The position numbers were made by a program, and so were the translations under genes. From Phycisphaerales bacterium (lineage in GTDB: Bacteria; Planctomycetota; Phycisphaerae; Phycisphaerales; SM1A02), in contig JBGARR010000012.1 of assembly GCA_044230125.1 (NCBI GenBank), positions 234 through 64,233 of the forward strand: 64,000 nucleotides of DNA. The letters are read 5' to 3'. The first letter of the stretch is position 1. Each line of letters opens with the position of its first letter. This document shows positions 61,959-64,000 of the stretch, piece by piece. The notes beneath the pieces were generated by a model that worked only from the letters and a program-made list of their open reading frames with translations, did no database searches and was not told where the DNA came from.

Positions 61959-62786
61959 TCAACGCGCGTCGAGGGTGCGCAGCAACTGGGTGATCCGAGC
62001 GCGCCGCACTGTGGACAGGACACCAACTGCGGCTCCCGCAAATCCGAGGGCCGTGCCCCCTGCGGCGCCGCCGATCGCAATGGTCATGGCGAGCGCGGGG
62101 CTGCCGGGGGGGAGCCATGCGATCGCGTTCGTCGCCACCCCAAGCAGCAGGTTCATGCCCACACCCAGCAGCCACAGGAGGGCACACGCCTTCATCCGCC
62201 GCAGCGCGGCGTATGCCTGGGTCACCTCGGCACTGGCGCGCGCGTCCAGCGGCTCGGCTTCGGTGCGCACCATCTGGATGACGAAGGGCAGCAGCGAGAA
62301 GGTCAGCGAGAGGAGACAGACTTCAATCACCAGCGCCAGGATCCACGCTGATCGCATCGCCTCATCCATGGGTTCGCCGAAGGGACGCAGCGCGACGCCG
62401 GCCAGCGCTGCGGCCGCAATGCACCCCGAGAGCGCCCACAGCCAGCGCGGAGCCATCGGCGCTTGGCTGCGCGGCTGCAGCGAGGCGCGCCGGATGCCAC
62501 TGTCGGCTGGGTGGCTGCGCGCCCAGTCAGGCCTGCGCGCCAGCATCGCTGGTACCGCCAGCCCGAAAAAGAGCGGGAAGGTCAGGAGGAAGGCGAAGCG
62601 CGCCAATGGAACCTGGAACCACCAAAGGGCCAGGTGCCCCGCCAGCGCGACGGCGGTGGCCATCGCGAGCATGCGTACCAGCGACCGGGCGCGCGGAGTC
62701 GCCTGTGGCGACCGCGGCACGAGCAGCAGGAAGACCAGCGGGTAGATGATCATCGCGGCGGGGAACAACAGGTCAAACCATCGCAT
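61959..62786 (-). CDS. polytopic membrane protein downstream of the GntR regulator
   Basis: 275-aa ORF with about 7 hydrophobic helices, 14 nt downstream of the GntR-family gene. A GntR(YtrA-like) gene followed by a membrane protein gene is a common pairing. Confidence 0.65.
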   Translation of the reverse strand: MRWFDLLFPAAMIIYPLVFLLLVPRSPQATPRARSLVRMLAMATAVALAGHLALWWFQVPLARFAFLLTFPLFFGLAVPAMLARRPDWARSHPADSGIRRASLQPRSQAPMAPRWLWALSGCIAAAALAGVALRPFGEPMDEAMRSAWILALVIEVCLLSLTFSLLPFVIQMVRTEAEPLDARASAEVTQAYAALRRMKACALLWLLGVGMNLLLGVATNAIAWLPPGSPALAMTIAIGGAAGGTALGFAGAAVGVLSTVRRARITQLLRTLDAR

Positions 62787-62800
62787 TGGAATCCTCCGAA

Positions 62801-63214
62801 TCAGTGAGGTGCGGAATCCGCCCAGTAGTGCGGTGCCAATCGATCGACGGCCGCGTGCACCGCGTCGCGCGTGAATCCGGCCAGCTTCGCGTCGGCCAGC
62901 AGGCGGCGCAGCGCTTCCTCAAAGGTGGCGGTGGTGGCCGGGCTGGGCGCGCCAGCGCGCCCCCGCTTGGCGTTCTCCAGCGCTGCGGTGACGCGCGTGC
63001 CGCGACCGCGAGCGGCGACCGCCAGGCCACTGGCCTCCAGTTCGCGATAAGCGCGCGCCACCGTGTTCAGGTTGATGCCAAGGTCGGCGGCCAGTTGGCG
63101 CACCGGTGGCAGTTCATCGCCGGGGCGCAGCGTGCCCGCGGCGATCAGCTGCCGCAGCTGGCCGACGAGCTGGTCACCCAAGGGAACTGGCGAATCCAAG
63201 CTGATTTCGATCAC
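62801..63214 (-). CDS. GntR-family (short, YtrA-like) transcriptional regulator
   Basis: GTG start at 63214. The winged HTH reads LGDQLVGQLRQLIAAGTLRPGDELPPVRQLAADLGINLNTVARAYRELEASGLAVAARGRGTRV. A short C-terminal helical extension suggests the YtrA subfamily. Confidence 0.85.
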   Translation of the reverse strand: MIEISLDSPVPLGDQLVGQLRQLIAAGTLRPGDELPPVRQLAADLGINLNTVARAYRELEASGLAVAARGRGTRVTAALENAKRGRAGAPSPATTATFEEALRRLLADAKLAGFTRDAVHAAVDRLAPHYWADSAPH

Positions 63215-63223
63215 AGCACCATA

Positions 63224-63240
63224 GTATCATACTCTGATAC
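63224..63240. promoter_or_regulatory. candidate GntR operator (inverted repeat GTATCA-N5-TGATAC)
   Basis: A perfect 6-bp inverted repeat sits in the only AT-rich patch of the region, 10-26 nt upstream of the regulator's GTG, within the divergent intergenic region. It fits the general GntR GT-Nx-AC operator logic. Confidence 0.4.
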
Positions 63241-63312
63241 ATTGTCAAGTGAGAGCCTCGGTTTTTGGCCCGGTAGATTGGCCCTCCGAAGGCGCGTCCC
63301 ACCGAACCCCGC

Positions 63313-64000
63313 ATGGCAACCGATTCCCCCTCCCCTGCTCCTGCCGCGCACCCTGGACCGGGTGCCCGCCAACGGGCCGAGCACTTCATTCCGCTTGCGC
63401 TGCACGAGGTGGAGCGCCTGACCACCGAACGGGCCACCGGATCGGGCAACCCCGCGGCCGCCGAGGTTGCGCGCCTGATCTCCTTGGCGCTCCGCCGCCA
63501 GACCGACGCTCAGGCCGACGCACTGAAGCGCGTCTACCAGCGCGCACGCCCAGACGACGACGGCCAGGTCAGGCGCCTGGACGCCGCCGATGCGGGCGCA
63601 TCGCGCGACGCGGACATCCGCGAGCTGTGCACCCTGCTTGATGCCGTGCTGACGCGCGCCAACTACCACCACGCCACCGACCGCGACCTGGCGGATGCCT
63701 TCGCCAGCGAGGCGATCGCGCAGGTCCGGATCGAAACGGACCTCTCGGACTTCGCCACGCTGATGATCTACACGCGCGGGCGCCACCGCCGCACCGAGAC
63801 GATCCGCAGCTTCTTCGGGCTGCGAAAGCGCCGGATCCAGATGGATGTCTTCGATCGCGTCTTCCTCTTTGCACGATTCAAGGACCTGGCCGCGGTTGCC
63901 AGGCGCGGCGCGGCGGCCGCCCCGCTCCACTCGCCGCTGCAGCTGAAACTAGCGCGCGGCATCCCCGCCGCCGACCTGGAGATGCTGCTGCCCAACAGCA
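63313..64000 (+). CDS. partial CDS (5' part; runs off the window), possibly DUF3754/TMEM143-like
   Basis: It is not in the ORF track because no stop is reached. I translated from the ATG at 63313 by hand and the frame stays open to 64000 with high third-position GC. The product reads MATDSPSPAPAAHPGPGARQRAEHFIPLAL...FFGLRKRRIQMDVFDRVFLFARFKD...GIPAADLEMLLPN. The family assignment is from memory and is weak. Confidence 0.5.
   Translation, partial: MATDSPSPAPAAHPGPGARQRAEHFIPLALHEVERLTTERATGSGNPAAAEVARLISLALRRQTDAQADALKRVYQRARPDDDGQVRRLDAADAGASRDADIRELCTLLDAVLTRANYHHATDRDLADAFASEAIAQVRIETDLSDFATLMIYTRGRHRRTETIRSFFGLRKRRIQMDVFDRVFLFARFKDLAAVARRGAAAAPLHSPLQLKLARGIPAADLEMLLPNS

Noticed and set aside
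1-64000. A search for mobile-element, prophage, CRISPR-Cas, restriction-modification, toxin-antitoxin or other canonical defence signatures.
   Set aside because: I recognised no integrase, transposase, recombinase, Cas, methyltransferase, nuclease-helicase or reverse transcriptase motifs in any frame. There is also no compositional break suggesting an island.

Overview
This is a high-GC (roughly 70% by eye), densely coding bacterial chromosomal window. I count about 52 protein genes on both strands. I recognised no rRNA, tRNA, CRISPR array, transposase, integrase or phage genes.

The gene content suggests Planctomycetota, possibly Phycisphaerae-like; this is an inference. The supporting genes are:
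- a DUF1559 prepilin-type H-X9-DG protein
- a DUF1800/DUF1501 pair
- four PEP-CTERM-tagged secreted proteins
- seven secreted proteins with dockerin-like DxNxDGxVxGADLGxLLxxWG repeats
- an ECF sigma gene overlapping a Ser/Thr kinase gene
- a CHASE2 Ser/Thr kinase

Many long ORFs in the track are Arg/Ala/Gly/Pro-rich antisense or out-of-frame shadows typical of high-GC DNA. I discarded these and trimmed several real genes to internal starts that expose signal peptides.

Nothing here is a textbook defence or mobile system. The stretches I consider most worth follow-up are:
1. A same-strand VIT-vWA / vWA / response regulator / sensor kinase cluster (52961-59212).
2. A secreted protein built from a 60-aa, 12-cysteine tandem repeat that I cannot place in a family (50218-51741).
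3. Two collinear, diverged ~850-aa secreted helical paralogs with LTxxQ-like motifs (10269-12833 and 36413-38968).
4. The concentration of dockerin-like tags with no visible cohesin partner.
5. A Cys-rich hydrophobic-tailed secreted protein followed by a small SD-led two-TM ORF (34024-35113).
6. An orphan protein immediately upstream of the CHASE2 kinase (26061-29159).

All functional calls come from motif recognition by eye, with no database search, so they are hypotheses.
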